Notes under the pieces: model-generated
Databases searched by the model: none
What the model saw: the letters and a program-made list of their open reading frames with translations, nothing else
Told to the model about the DNA's origin: nothing
NCBI GenBank assembly: GCA_964402035.1
Contig: CAYOAM010000002.1
Location: 244,964-281,348, forward strand
Origin: an uncultured Candidatus Saccharibacteria bacterium
Lineage (GTDB): Bacteria; Patescibacteriota; Minisyncoccia; Phycocordibacterales; UBA918
Direction of reading: 5' to 3'
DNA: 36,385 nucleotides
Shown here: positions 16,483 through 23,818 of the stretch, in pieces
Position numbering within the stretch: position 1 is the stretch's first letter
Layout: every line of letters begins with the position of its first letter
Program-made: the position numbers and the translations under genes

Positions 16483-17103
16483 TTAATGTAACAAACTGTC
16501 AACTTTGAGCGCTTTAAGCACCTCTTTATGAACCTCCGCAACATCGGTGGTCGCATCTATGGTGTGTTGATTTTTGTAGTCTCCTATATGCTCCTGATAT
16601 CCCCTCCTCACACGCTCATGGAATGCCAATTTTTCTTCTTCCATGCGATCGGGCGCGCCAACTTGTGCAGCACGCTTGAGACCAATCTCTGGCGGAACAT
16701 CAAGAAAGATGACAACATCGGGAGAAATACCACCGAGTGCGTAGCGTGAGAGTTCCATCAAAAATGGCAGCAGTTCCATACGCTCTCGTCCGTAGATCTG
16801 ATACGCGATCGTGGAGAGATCAAAGCGATTTGAGACAACCGTCTTCCCTTCTTTGAGCGCTGGCTTTATTTTCTCTTCGACAAGCTGCACACGTGCCGCA
16901 AGATACATCAAAAGCTCCGCACGTGGCGTGACGCGTTTGTCATGTAGCAGTATGGCTCGTAGAGCCAAGCCAATATCGGTACTTCCCGGATCACGGACAA
17001 AGAGATAGCCTGCAGGATCAACCACTTTTTGCAGCATGGCAATCTGCGTATCTTTCCCTGCCCCATCACCCCCTTCAAAGACAATGAATTTTCCTGATAA
17101 CAT
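16483..17103 (-). CDS. tmk: Thymidylate kinase
   Basis: KFIVFEGGDGAGKDTQ (P-loop), a DR(F/Y)-type segment (…VSNRFDLSTIAYQ…) and a LID region. Confidence 0.93.
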   Translation of the reverse strand: MLSGKFIVFEGGDGAGKDTQIAMLQKVVDPAGYLFVRDPGSTDIGLALRAILLHDKRVTPRAELLMYLAARVQLVEEKIKPALKEGKTVVSNRFDLSTIAYQIYGRERMELLPFLMELSRYALGGISPDVVIFLDVPPEIGLKRAAQVGAPDRMEEEKLAFHERVRRGYQEHIGDYKNQHTIDATTDVAEVHKEVLKALKVDSLLH

Positions 17104-17106
17104 TTT

Positions 17107-18375
17107 CTATACAAACGAGTCAGGGACGGGGTGTGCAAGACAAATCTCTTTTATTTCTTTGTGAAGTTTTGTTTTTATCACTGCATCATCTTTATGTCGC
17201 AAGGTCTCAATCATAATTTCAGCAACACGAGACGCTTCTTTTTCCTTCATATTTCGAGTGGTCATCGCGGGTGTGCCAAAGCGGATGCCTGAGGGATCCA
17301 TGGGGGATCGTGTATCATCTGCGATCGCATTCATGTTGAGCGAAAGCCCCACTTCATCAAGCACTTTCTGTGCATCTTTGCCACCAACACCTAGGGAACC
17401 GAAGACATCGGCGAGAATAAGGTGATTTGAGGTGCCGCCCGTGATCATACGCACACCCTCTCGTCTAAAGACTTCTTCCATCGCTTTCGCATTTTTCAAA
17501 ATCTGCGCGGCATACGCTTGAAACTGTGGTGTTGCTGCCTCACGAAATGCTATCGCTTTTGCTGCTGTGATATGCATATGTGGCCCTCCCTGAAGTCCGG
17601 GAAACACCGCCTTATCAATCTTCTTTGCATACTCTTCGCTTTCGCGCGTGAGGATCATGCCGCCGCGTGGACCGCGCAGCGTCTTGTGTGTCGTTGTCGT
17701 GATGACATCAAAGCCATCGTCAAATGGATTGCGCGCTGCTTTTCCTGCGATAAGGCCTGCAATATGCGCCATGTCAGCAACCGTGATCGCTCCCACCTCT
17801 TTCGCTATTTCTACGAACTTTGCATACGGCAATTCTCGCGGATACGCAGAAAAACCAGCGAGTATCATCTTGGGCTTTTCACGGAGCGCCGTCTCTCTTA
17901 GGTCATCAAAATCAATCTCTCCCGTCTCGATATTTTTCATCTTGTAACGCACAAAACGAAACACTTTTGCGATAGCCGTCACCGGATGTCCGTGGGTCAA
18001 GTGACCACCATGCGAGAGATCCATGCCAAGGATCGTATCTCCTGGTTCGAGGAGTCCAAAATACATAGCGACGTTCGCGGGAGCACCTGAGAGCGGCTGC
18101 ACGTTTGCAAAATTGCAATTGAAAAGACTCTTCGCTCGTGCGATCGCAATACGCTCGACCGCATCGGTGTATTCTTGCCCGCCATAGTAGCGGCGCCCGG
18201 GATATCCTTCTGAATATTTGTTCGTGAATACCGAACCATTGGCCTCGCGTACCGCACGGGAGACGTAGTTTTCAGAGGGAACAAGTTCAAGTCCTTCTCG
18301 TTCACGCTTCTCTTCCCCCACGATCGTCGCGTACACTTCACCATCTTCTTTTTCAATGAATGGATATTCTGACAT
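17107..18375 (-). CDS. glyA: Serine hydroxymethyltransferase
   Basis: …LELVPSENYVS…, …YSEGYPGRRYYGG…, …VITTTTHKTLRGPRGG (PLP-lysine motif). The start is taken at MSEYPF (18375). Confidence 0.95.
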   Translation of the reverse strand: MSEYPFIEKEDGEVYATIVGEEKREREGLELVPSENYVSRAVREANGSVFTNKYSEGYPGRRYYGGQEYTDAVERIAIARAKSLFNCNFANVQPLSGAPANVAMYFGLLEPGDTILGMDLSHGGHLTHGHPVTAIAKVFRFVRYKMKNIETGEIDFDDLRETALREKPKMILAGFSAYPRELPYAKFVEIAKEVGAITVADMAHIAGLIAGKAARNPFDDGFDVITTTTHKTLRGPRGGMILTRESEEYAKKIDKAVFPGLQGGPHMHITAAKAIAFREAATPQFQAYAAQILKNAKAMEEVFRREGVRMITGGTSNHLILADVFGSLGVGGKDAQKVLDEVGLSLNMNAIADDTRSPMDPSGIRFGTPAMTTRNMKEKEASRVAEIMIETLRHKDDAVIKTKLHKEIKEICLAHPVPDSFV

Positions 18376-18469
18376 ACAAAATAAATGAAAAAATAAAAAT
18401 CGCTGCAATTCTCACACTACTTTGTTGTGTACATCAGATCATAAAGATGGTTTAAGACTTTTGTATAGA

Positions 18470-18799
18470 CTACCGCGTATCACCAGCACCACCCAACACT
18501 CCACGTGATTTTCGCGACGCAAGCTTTTCAATGTTTTTTTCTGCGACCGCATCAAGATCAAGTCCGAGCTCTGTTGAAAGTCGGGCAACGTACCACAAGA
18601 GATCACCAAGCTCAGCTTCGACGATGCCCCGTACTTCATCATTCACCACGCCACCAAAATCTCGTTCGATCTTTTTTATTTTATTGGCAATTTCACCCGC
18701 CTCTCCAGCGAGTCCCAAAGTGGGAAAAATAAAATTGTTGCCCGCATTTGCATAGTGCGCTGTATCACCCGCTCGAGCCTGATATTCTTTAAAATTCAT
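18470..18799 (-). CDS. MazG-like all-alpha nucleoside triphosphate pyrophosphohydrolase
   Basis: …LGLAGEAGEIANKIKK… and …ELGDLLWYVARLS…LGLDLD…NIEKL… give an EEXX(E/D)-type helical pair typical of small MazG/dUTPase-like NTP-PPases. The start is at MNFKEY (18799). Confidence 0.8.
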   Translation of the reverse strand: MNFKEYQARAGDTAHYANAGNNFIFPTLGLAGEAGEIANKIKKIERDFGGVVNDEVRGIVEAELGDLLWYVARLSTELGLDLDAVAEKNIEKLASRKSRGVLGGAGDTR

Positions 18800-18892
18800 A
18801 TGTCGGTAGCATTCACTAATATACAAAATATCATACCACCTCCTTCATAGGTTGGCGTTGGCATAACGCACTATGCTATATTTTCCTTACCT

Positions 18893-19399
18893 ATGGAACC
18901 CTTCAATACCCGCACCTACCTCCGAAATCTACGGAACTTCAAACTGTACTGCCTCTATCGCAAGAGACTGGAAGTCGGAGAATGCCAGTTTTGCAACCCT
19001 GATCAGATGGTAAATGAACAACTTCCCGGTTCAAATGAATACTGGATGACATGGTTCAATATTCGCCCGTACGACAATACCAAGAAACATATCGTCATAA
19101 TCCCCCGACGGCACGTGACTACGCCACGGGATCTGACCCAGGAAGAACGACTGAGTCTGTGGGATGTCATCGATTGGGCGAGCAACTTTTTGGATATACG
19201 TGGAGCAGCATTCGCCTTTCGCTGGGGCGACCCAACACTCACCGGCGCAAGCGTGGACCACCTCCATGCCCACATACTCGTACCTGATGGCACCGGACAA
19301 GCAGTATTCCCACTCGGTAGATCAAAAGAAGATCTCGAAAAGCAACAGGCGCTCCTTATGGGCTGGGAAGAGCGCTACGATCGCGGAGAACGAGAATAG
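18893..19399 (+). CDS. HIT (histidine triad) family nucleotide hydrolase/transferase
   Basis: Histidine triad …VDHLHAHILVP, with an upstream CQFC motif as in the GalT/Ap4A-phosphorylase-like HIT branch. Confidence 0.8.
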   Translation: MEPFNTRTYLRNLRNFKLYCLYRKRLEVGECQFCNPDQMVNEQLPGSNEYWMTWFNIRPYDNTKKHIVIIPRRHVTTPRDLTQEERLSLWDVIDWASNFLDIRGAAFAFRWGDPTLTGASVDHLHAHILVPDGTGQAVFPLGRSKEDLEKQQALLMGWEERYDRGERE

Positions 19400-19435
19400 A
19401 GACACATTCGATAACACCGCACAAAACTATTTGGG

Positions 19436-20416
19436 TTACCTTTTTTCTGGCGCTGCTTTTGCGGTATGCAGATCGCTATTGAACCCACCGGCAACAGTGA
19501 GCTCCGCTTTTATTGATGCTTCAGGGCTATAACCGACAAGTTCTACAAACTCCGGTCTAAAACTCTCGAGTGAATCAAAAGAATTGGTGAATTTTATTGT
19601 CGGAAAATCATGTGGTTCACGGGTCAGCTGTTCTTTCGCTTGTTCAATATGATTTTCATAAATATGCACATCACCAAAGGTGTGTATGAATTCTCCGGGT
19701 TCATAGCCGGTGATTTTGGCAAGCACCAAAGTCAACAGAGCGTAACTACCAATATTAAACGGAACGCCAAGGAAAATATCTGCGGAACGTTGATAGAGCT
19801 GGAGACAAAGCCTGCCGTTCTTGATATTGACCTGATACATATTGTGACAGATTGGAAAACGGCATGCCTTGCCGGGTGCTGCCATCGCATAGAGATACTC
19901 AGGATTCCATGACGACACAATCGCATTGTGACAGTCGGGATCTTTTTTGATTTCAGAGACGACCCACCCAAGCTGATCGACTGCGCGCCCGTCGTGAGCT
20001 GGCCAACGGCGCCACAATTCTCCGTAGATATGTGGAAGCTCCCCGTGTGCTTTCGCAAAATCAGCATCGGATTTGACCTGTGCTATAAATGCATCTTTCT
20101 CGATCGGTGGCACCTCACCCGCGTCGGATTTTCCTTTATAGATTTTATATGGATAGTCGTCCCAGATGTGTACGTCATTATCGACGAGGTATTTGATATT
20201 TGATTGACCAGACAAAAACCAATAGAGTTCATGGAGCACTCCTTTCCAATAGACGCGCTTAGTGGTGAGGAGCGGAAATCCATCCTTAAGATCAAAACGC
20301 ATCTGTCCTCCAAATTGACTATACGTCGCAACACCGGTCCCCTTGTCGACCTGTTTATCGCCCTTCTCAACAAGGCTGCGCATCAGGTCAAGATATTGAT
20401 ATTCAGGATGTTTCAT
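19436..20416 (-). CDS. thyA: Thymidylate synthase (ThyA, long form with a small-domain insert)
   Basis: …FPLLTTKRVYWKGVLHELYWFLSG…, catalytic …PICHNMYQ…, …LYQRSADIFLGVPFNIGSYALL…, …GDVHIYENH…. Confidence 0.95.
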   Translation of the reverse strand: MKHPEYQYLDLMRSLVEKGDKQVDKGTGVATYSQFGGQMRFDLKDGFPLLTTKRVYWKGVLHELYWFLSGQSNIKYLVDNDVHIWDDYPYKIYKGKSDAGEVPPIEKDAFIAQVKSDADFAKAHGELPHIYGELWRRWPAHDGRAVDQLGWVVSEIKKDPDCHNAIVSSWNPEYLYAMAAPGKACRFPICHNMYQVNIKNGRLCLQLYQRSADIFLGVPFNIGSYALLTLVLAKITGYEPGEFIHTFGDVHIYENHIEQAKEQLTREPHDFPTIKFTNSFDSLESFRPEFVELVGYSPEASIKAELTVAGGFNSDLHTAKAAPEKR

Positions 20417-20428
20417 ATATAAGAAATA

Positions 20429-20623
20429 GAGTGTGTTTAAAATCTCACAGGTACGAGGCGATAAGGAGCGAGGACCCGAGTCGTACTTGATGTACGGTGT
20501 GAGAAAGCGAATACGTGGAGCTTTCGCAAGACCTTTTGTGTTTCTACAAAAGGTGTACAGCTTCTGTAAGAAGTGGTCCGAGCGACGAAATCAACGACGT
20601 AGATGTAGATTTCAAACATACTC
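20429..20623. repeat. Hairpin-cassette repeat element, diverged copy in the same orientation as 10091-10285
   Basis: The ends are gagtgtgtttaaaatct (20429-20445) and agatttcaaacatactc (20607-20623), complementary at 15 of 17 positions. It shares ggtccgagcgacg (identical 13-mer), gtagatgt and gagcgagg(a/g)cccgag with the 10091 copy. It has an internal hairpin ACCTTTTGT-(6 nt)-ACAAAAGGT (20531-20554). It ends directly against the dcd stop codon. Confidence 0.6.
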
Positions 20624-21202
20624 TTATTTGCGTCGAATGCGGGCGATCCTGGCAAGTGGTCCTGTCTTTGGCGGAACATACCCGCGAAGGTTGTCGGTCG
20701 AATAGCGGCCAGTTGAACGGTAGTTGCGCTTGGTCTCGCGCGAGAGCGTGCTAAAGGTGAGCTGCGCGATCTCCATCCCAGGACGCAGGATAATCGGCAC
20801 ATTGTTGAGGTTACAGAGTTCTAAAGCGACATTGAGAAAATGTCCGGGGTTAATGAGCGAAGCAGAGTTATGGACCAACAGCCCGATGCGTGCGAGTGAA
20901 CTTTTGCCATTGACTTCGATCATGTATTTGTCAGAACCAAAACGCTCTTTGGAATAGCCTAAAATAGACACACCGGGATGGAGCACAAACGATTCGCCGT
21001 CTGCAACATCGATCTCAACTGCTTTGGGGTAAAGTCCGCGCACGGGGTCAATCACGGTCGTCGTGTGTGCATCATTGACGATAAACTTATTGCCCAAATG
21101 AATGTCATAGCTTGCAGGCTGCAGGCGTTTTTTATCAAATGGTTCAAGAATAATCTCCCCTGCCTTGACCGCACCCTCTATATCTACATCTGAAAGAAAC
21201 AT
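20624..21202 (-). CDS. dcd: dCTP deaminase (dUTPase-superfamily trimer fold)
   Basis: MFLSDVDIEGAVKAGEIILEPFD…LQPASYDIHLG…, …GKSSLARIGLLVHNSA.LINPG…, …LELCNLNN.PI.L.PGM.IAQL.F. The start is at 21202. The longer ORF would overlap the upstream CYTH gene. Confidence 0.88.
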   Translation of the reverse strand: MFLSDVDIEGAVKAGEIILEPFDKKRLQPASYDIHLGNKFIVNDAHTTTVIDPVRGLYPKAVEIDVADGESFVLHPGVSILGYSKERFGSDKYMIEVNGKSSLARIGLLVHNSASLINPGHFLNVALELCNLNNVPIILRPGMEIAQLTFSTLSRETKRNYRSTGRYSTDNLRGYVPPKTGPLARIARIRRK

Positions 21203-21209
21203 GATTTTG

Positions 21210-21884
21210 CTATTCAATGATAAACACCTTGTCCGTGCCGTAATACTGAGGCCAATGCTTGTTGTAGTACGCAAACATCCGCTCGAGACGATCTTGCGAA
21301 AGCTCATGCATAGAAAGGGCTGACATAAAATCAACGATCTCCCCTCGTGCAGCTGCTGCTGCCTCTTCAGTTTCAACAACCTTCTCTACTTCGGCAAGAT
21401 AGCCATATCCGGCATTGAGATCCAAGCATACATTGAAACCACTACAGACATATTCCTCACGAACGCGCGACCACTTTGCCTGATAGGTAAAACCCGCATC
21501 AATCACTTTTTGATCGAGCTCCCCTAGCGTGAGCGCAACCTTCTCTTCAAACTCAAGCCGCGACACGGTGTTTTCACTTGATCCCGCATCAATTGATGCT
21601 TTGAGGACCAACAGCACCACACCGTCTTTCTCTCGTGTGCGTACTGAAAAATTTTTTCCCTTTACCATCATGTGCAATAGCTTCTGCCGTGCCTCCGCAT
21701 CAAAAAGGCCCTCTACGGCATGTGCGAGCACTGTCACATCTCCACCTTCAAAATAATGATTGAGTTGACTGTTGGTTGAAACAAGTTTTGTTGCAGGATC
21801 ATGCGCATGCATTTTCTTTCGCAATGCGTCGGCATTTTCTTTGCTTCCTAAAAGCGATTTTATTTCTACTTCATAGTGCGCCAT
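21210..21884 (-). CDS. CYTH-domain protein (triphosphate tunnel metalloenzyme; CyaB/ThTPase-like)
   Basis: The N-terminal EXEXK signature is present (HYEVEIKSLL). Alternating beta-strand charged residues run through the rest (…FSVRTREK…, …LVLKASID…, …YLAEVEKVV). Confidence 0.7.
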   Translation of the reverse strand: MAHYEVEIKSLLGSKENADALRKKMHAHDPATKLVSTNSQLNHYFEGGDVTVLAHAVEGLFDAEARQKLLHMMVKGKNFSVRTREKDGVVLLVLKASIDAGSSENTVSRLEFEEKVALTLGELDQKVIDAGFTYQAKWSRVREEYVCSGFNVCLDLNAGYGYLAEVEKVVETEEAAAAARGEIVDFMSALSMHELSQDRLERMFAYYNKHWPQYYGTDKVFIIE

Positions 21885-21892
21885 AGTGAGAA

Positions 21893-21898
21893 AATTGT
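21893..21898 (-). promoter_or_regulatory. Candidate -10 box (TACAAT) for the CYTH-dcd(-thyA) transcript
   Basis: On the minus strand, TACAAT lies 9 nt upstream of the ATG at 21884. This implies a very short leader with no SD. Confidence 0.3.
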
Positions 21899-21948
21899 AG
21901 CATGCGTGCGAGATGACACGAAAGAGAGACGCATGCGTTTTTTAATGT

Positions 21949-21954
21949 CATAAT
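21949..21954 (+). promoter_or_regulatory. Candidate -10 box (CATAAT) placed for a leaderless folA mRNA
   Basis: CATAAT ends 6 nt before the folA ATG at 21961. There is no SD. Confidence 0.3.
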
Positions 21955-21960
21955 GACGCA

Positions 21961-22458
21961 ATGAGTATACGTATCAGCATGATCGCCGCTATTGGAAAAA
22001 ATCGTGAACTAGGAAAAGGAGGGGAGCTTATTTGGCGGATACCCACTGACCTCAAGCGCGTACGTGCGCTCACCATGGGTCACACGCTTATTATGGGACG
22101 AAAAACCTACGAATCGATTGGCAAACCACTACCGGGACGCACTACCATTGTCGTATCGCGAACGGCGTTTGATATCCCTGGAGCGATTGTCGTGCACAGT
22201 TTTGAAAACGCCCTTACACGTGCGCGCGGTATTGAGAAAGAAAAAAAAGATGGGGAGATTTTTATCTTTGGCGGTGCGCAAATATATGCGGCTGCACTCC
22301 CACATGCGGAGCGTATCTATCTCACGCTCATTGATGCAGAGGATCCGACGGCTGATACTTTTTTTCCAGACTACACACAATTTTCAAAAGTTATTGAAGA
22401 AAAAAAGCAGGATGGTGATCCTGCTTATACTCTTACGACGCTTGAGCGCGCGATCTAG
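21961..22458 (+). CDS. folA: Dihydrofolate reductase
   Basis: ISMIAAIGKNRELGKGGELIWRIPTDLKRVRALTMGHTLIMGRKTYESIGKPLPGRTTIVVSR… and …IFIFGGAQIY… are the canonical DHFR motifs. Confidence 0.93.
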   Translation: MSIRISMIAAIGKNRELGKGGELIWRIPTDLKRVRALTMGHTLIMGRKTYESIGKPLPGRTTIVVSRTAFDIPGAIVVHSFENALTRARGIEKEKKDGEIFIFGGAQIYAAALPHAERIYLTLIDAEDPTADTFFPDYTQFSKVIEEKKQDGDPAYTLTTLERAI

Positions 22459-22861
22459 CAAGTGGAAACCGGCGCCAGTATACCTGCTCAGCCAAAAACC
22501 TTCTTACCGCATCGTTTGTCTGATCACAGGTACGTAAATGCAAACACGCAGTTTCGTAATCGGGTATCCGTATCATGGACTGGTACCATCGATTCTTTGG
22601 ATCGATATACGTCGTACAGACACGTCCCCAGACCCACAGGACTTTACCCCTGTATCCAACCCTTTCCATAAGCTGAAAGCTTGGAATGCCATAGTCTGAC
22701 TCCAATGCTAATGCAGTCGTGTCCGACAATTTTCTCTCATCTGCAAACACGAATAGGAGTGTCTGACTAGGCAGTATAAAACTGCCGTCCAAATCAAACA
22801 TTATGATGCCAACGGGACGAAACGTTTTTCTGTTGCTTACCACACCCATTGCAACCCCCAT
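22433..22861 (-). CDS. Hypothetical protein (142 aa); weak HAD-like DxDG motif only
   Basis: The first ATG is at 22861; the track start is TTG. It contains GIIMFDLDGSFIL, which resembles HAD motif I, but no further HAD motifs are visible. It overlaps the folA 3' end by 26 nt in convergent orientation. It may not be expressed. Confidence 0.35.
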   Translation of the reverse strand: MGVAMGVVSNRKTFRPVGIIMFDLDGSFILPSQTLLFVFADERKLSDTTALALESDYGIPSFQLMERVGYRGKVLWVWGRVCTTYIDPKNRWYQSMIRIPDYETACLHLRTCDQTNDAVRRFLAEQVYWRRFPLARSRAQAS

Positions 22862-22918
22862 CAATGTAGTCAACGAACAAACTCACACAAGTAAAGCATG
22901 GGACTGGCAATAAAAAAA

Positions 22919-22941
22919 GGCGAGGGTGTTGACCCTCTGCC
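22919..22941 (-). terminator. Rho-independent terminator after the Nudix-like gene
   Basis: GGCGAGGG-(TGTTGA)-CCCTC(T)GCC, with a T-run on the minus strand (plus-strand A7 at 22912-22918). Confidence 0.6.
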
Positions 22942-22948
22942 TCGTCAT

Positions 22949-23494
22949 TCAGCTCTGAAATAAAGTCCCAGACCTCACAAGGTCGTAGGCTTCGTCAAGT
23001 GCAGAGAGAGTGAGCTCTCTTTTTTCCGGCGATGCAGGTGCAAGACGCGCTGTGCGGTCTGGCCATGATACAAAGCGACATGATGTCAGATTTCGCCCCG
23101 GCCGCGGATCAGCAGATGAAGCAATCTCGACCGCCACAAAATTCAGCATCTTCCCCTGCGTCCACCCGCGAACTCTGTTGAGATTGCCAAAACTCCGATT
23201 GGCAGACCCGAGATAAGTCGGTCGGAGAATATGCTTCTTGCTGATACGTGCCTCCTCAAGGAGAATACGCGTTACAGCAGTATCCAAACCTTCTCTCTCT
23301 TCGATCGATCCCTGCAGCAAACTCCAAGCTCCGTTCTTTCCCTTCGCTTCCTGCCCCATCAATATCTGAGGAAGCGTAGCGGGGCCTCTCCGCAATCCCA
23401 CAATTGCCAATGTTGGACGGAAGTCCCTGGCCACGTGATGAGCCGCGACGCGCCCAAGCAGGTCAGGGTGTGCAACAAGATTGACTTCGAGCAT
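22949..23494 (-). CDS. Nudix-like hydrolase with a partly degenerate Nudix box
   Basis: GSIEEREGLDTAVTRILLEEARI fits G-x5-E-x7-R, then R-I-L-L-E-E-A-R-I where REUXEEXGU is expected. The key EE pair is kept, while the E after R and the G are lost. GC content appears higher than in the neighbouring genes. Confidence 0.5.
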   Translation of the reverse strand: MLEVNLVAHPDLLGRVAAHHVARDFRPTLAIVGLRRGPATLPQILMGQEAKGKNGAWSLLQGSIEEREGLDTAVTRILLEEARISKKHILRPTYLGSANRSFGNLNRVRGWTQGKMLNFVAVEIASSADPRPGRNLTSCRFVSWPDRTARLAPASPEKRELTLSALDEAYDLVRSGTLFQS

Positions 23495-23552
23495 ATCTTT
23501 CCCCTTTTGTACTGTGAATCTAGGTACCGTAATACCATGAGCTAGTCAAAAA

Positions 23553-23580
23553 GAAAAGCGGCGCATAAGCGCCGCTTTTC
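23553..23580. terminator. Rho-independent terminator (12-bp stem), probable end of the secE-nusG-rplK transcript
   Basis: GAAAAGCGGCGC-ATAA-GCGCCGCTTTTC, with T-rich tracts on both strands. Confidence 0.75.
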
Positions 23581-23624
23581 TTTAAAAAATTCATTCTGCC
23601 GAGTCAAGTGTAATTTGAGTTTGC

Positions 23625-23818
23625 GTTGACCCTCTACGAGGGCAGTACACCTTTGCGATATTTTAAGGAGCAAAGCTCCAAAAATATCTGCAAAGGTCCG
23701 TTGAAGTGCCTATCGCACTTCACTCCCTACGGGAGCAGTACACCTTGTGGCTACTTTTCTGCGCAAGCTTGAAAAGATAGCTCACAAGGTCCGTAACTGT
23801 GCTTATTGCACAGTTACG
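23625..23818. repeat. Two tandem 93-bp hairpin modules of the same repeat family, overlapping the rplK stop codon
   Basis: Module A: CCCTC-TAC-GAGGG (23630-23642), then cagtacacc, a long interrupted hairpin (23649-23697), ccgt and TGAAGTGC-CTATC-GCACTTCA (23702-23722). Module B: CTCCC-TAC-GGGAG (23723-23735), then cagtacacc, a long hairpin (23742-23790), ccgt and CGTAACTGTGC-TTATT-GCACAGTTACG (23792-23818). Confidence 0.6.

Noticed and set aside
22433-22458. The 26-nt convergent overlap between folA and the 142-aa ORF, considered as evidence of antisense regulation.
   Set aside because: The 142-aa ORF is itself weakly supported: its first start is TTG in the track, it has only one short HAD-like motif, and it has no SD. 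The overlap is more likely to reflect an over-called ORF than a regulatory design.
3449-23818. The repeated hairpins could have been a CRISPR array or arrays.
   Set aside because: The repeats are not identical direct repeats at regular spacing separated by unique spacers. They are palindromic modules with conserved linkers, occur in both orientations, and lie at scattered loci. No cas genes are present in the window.
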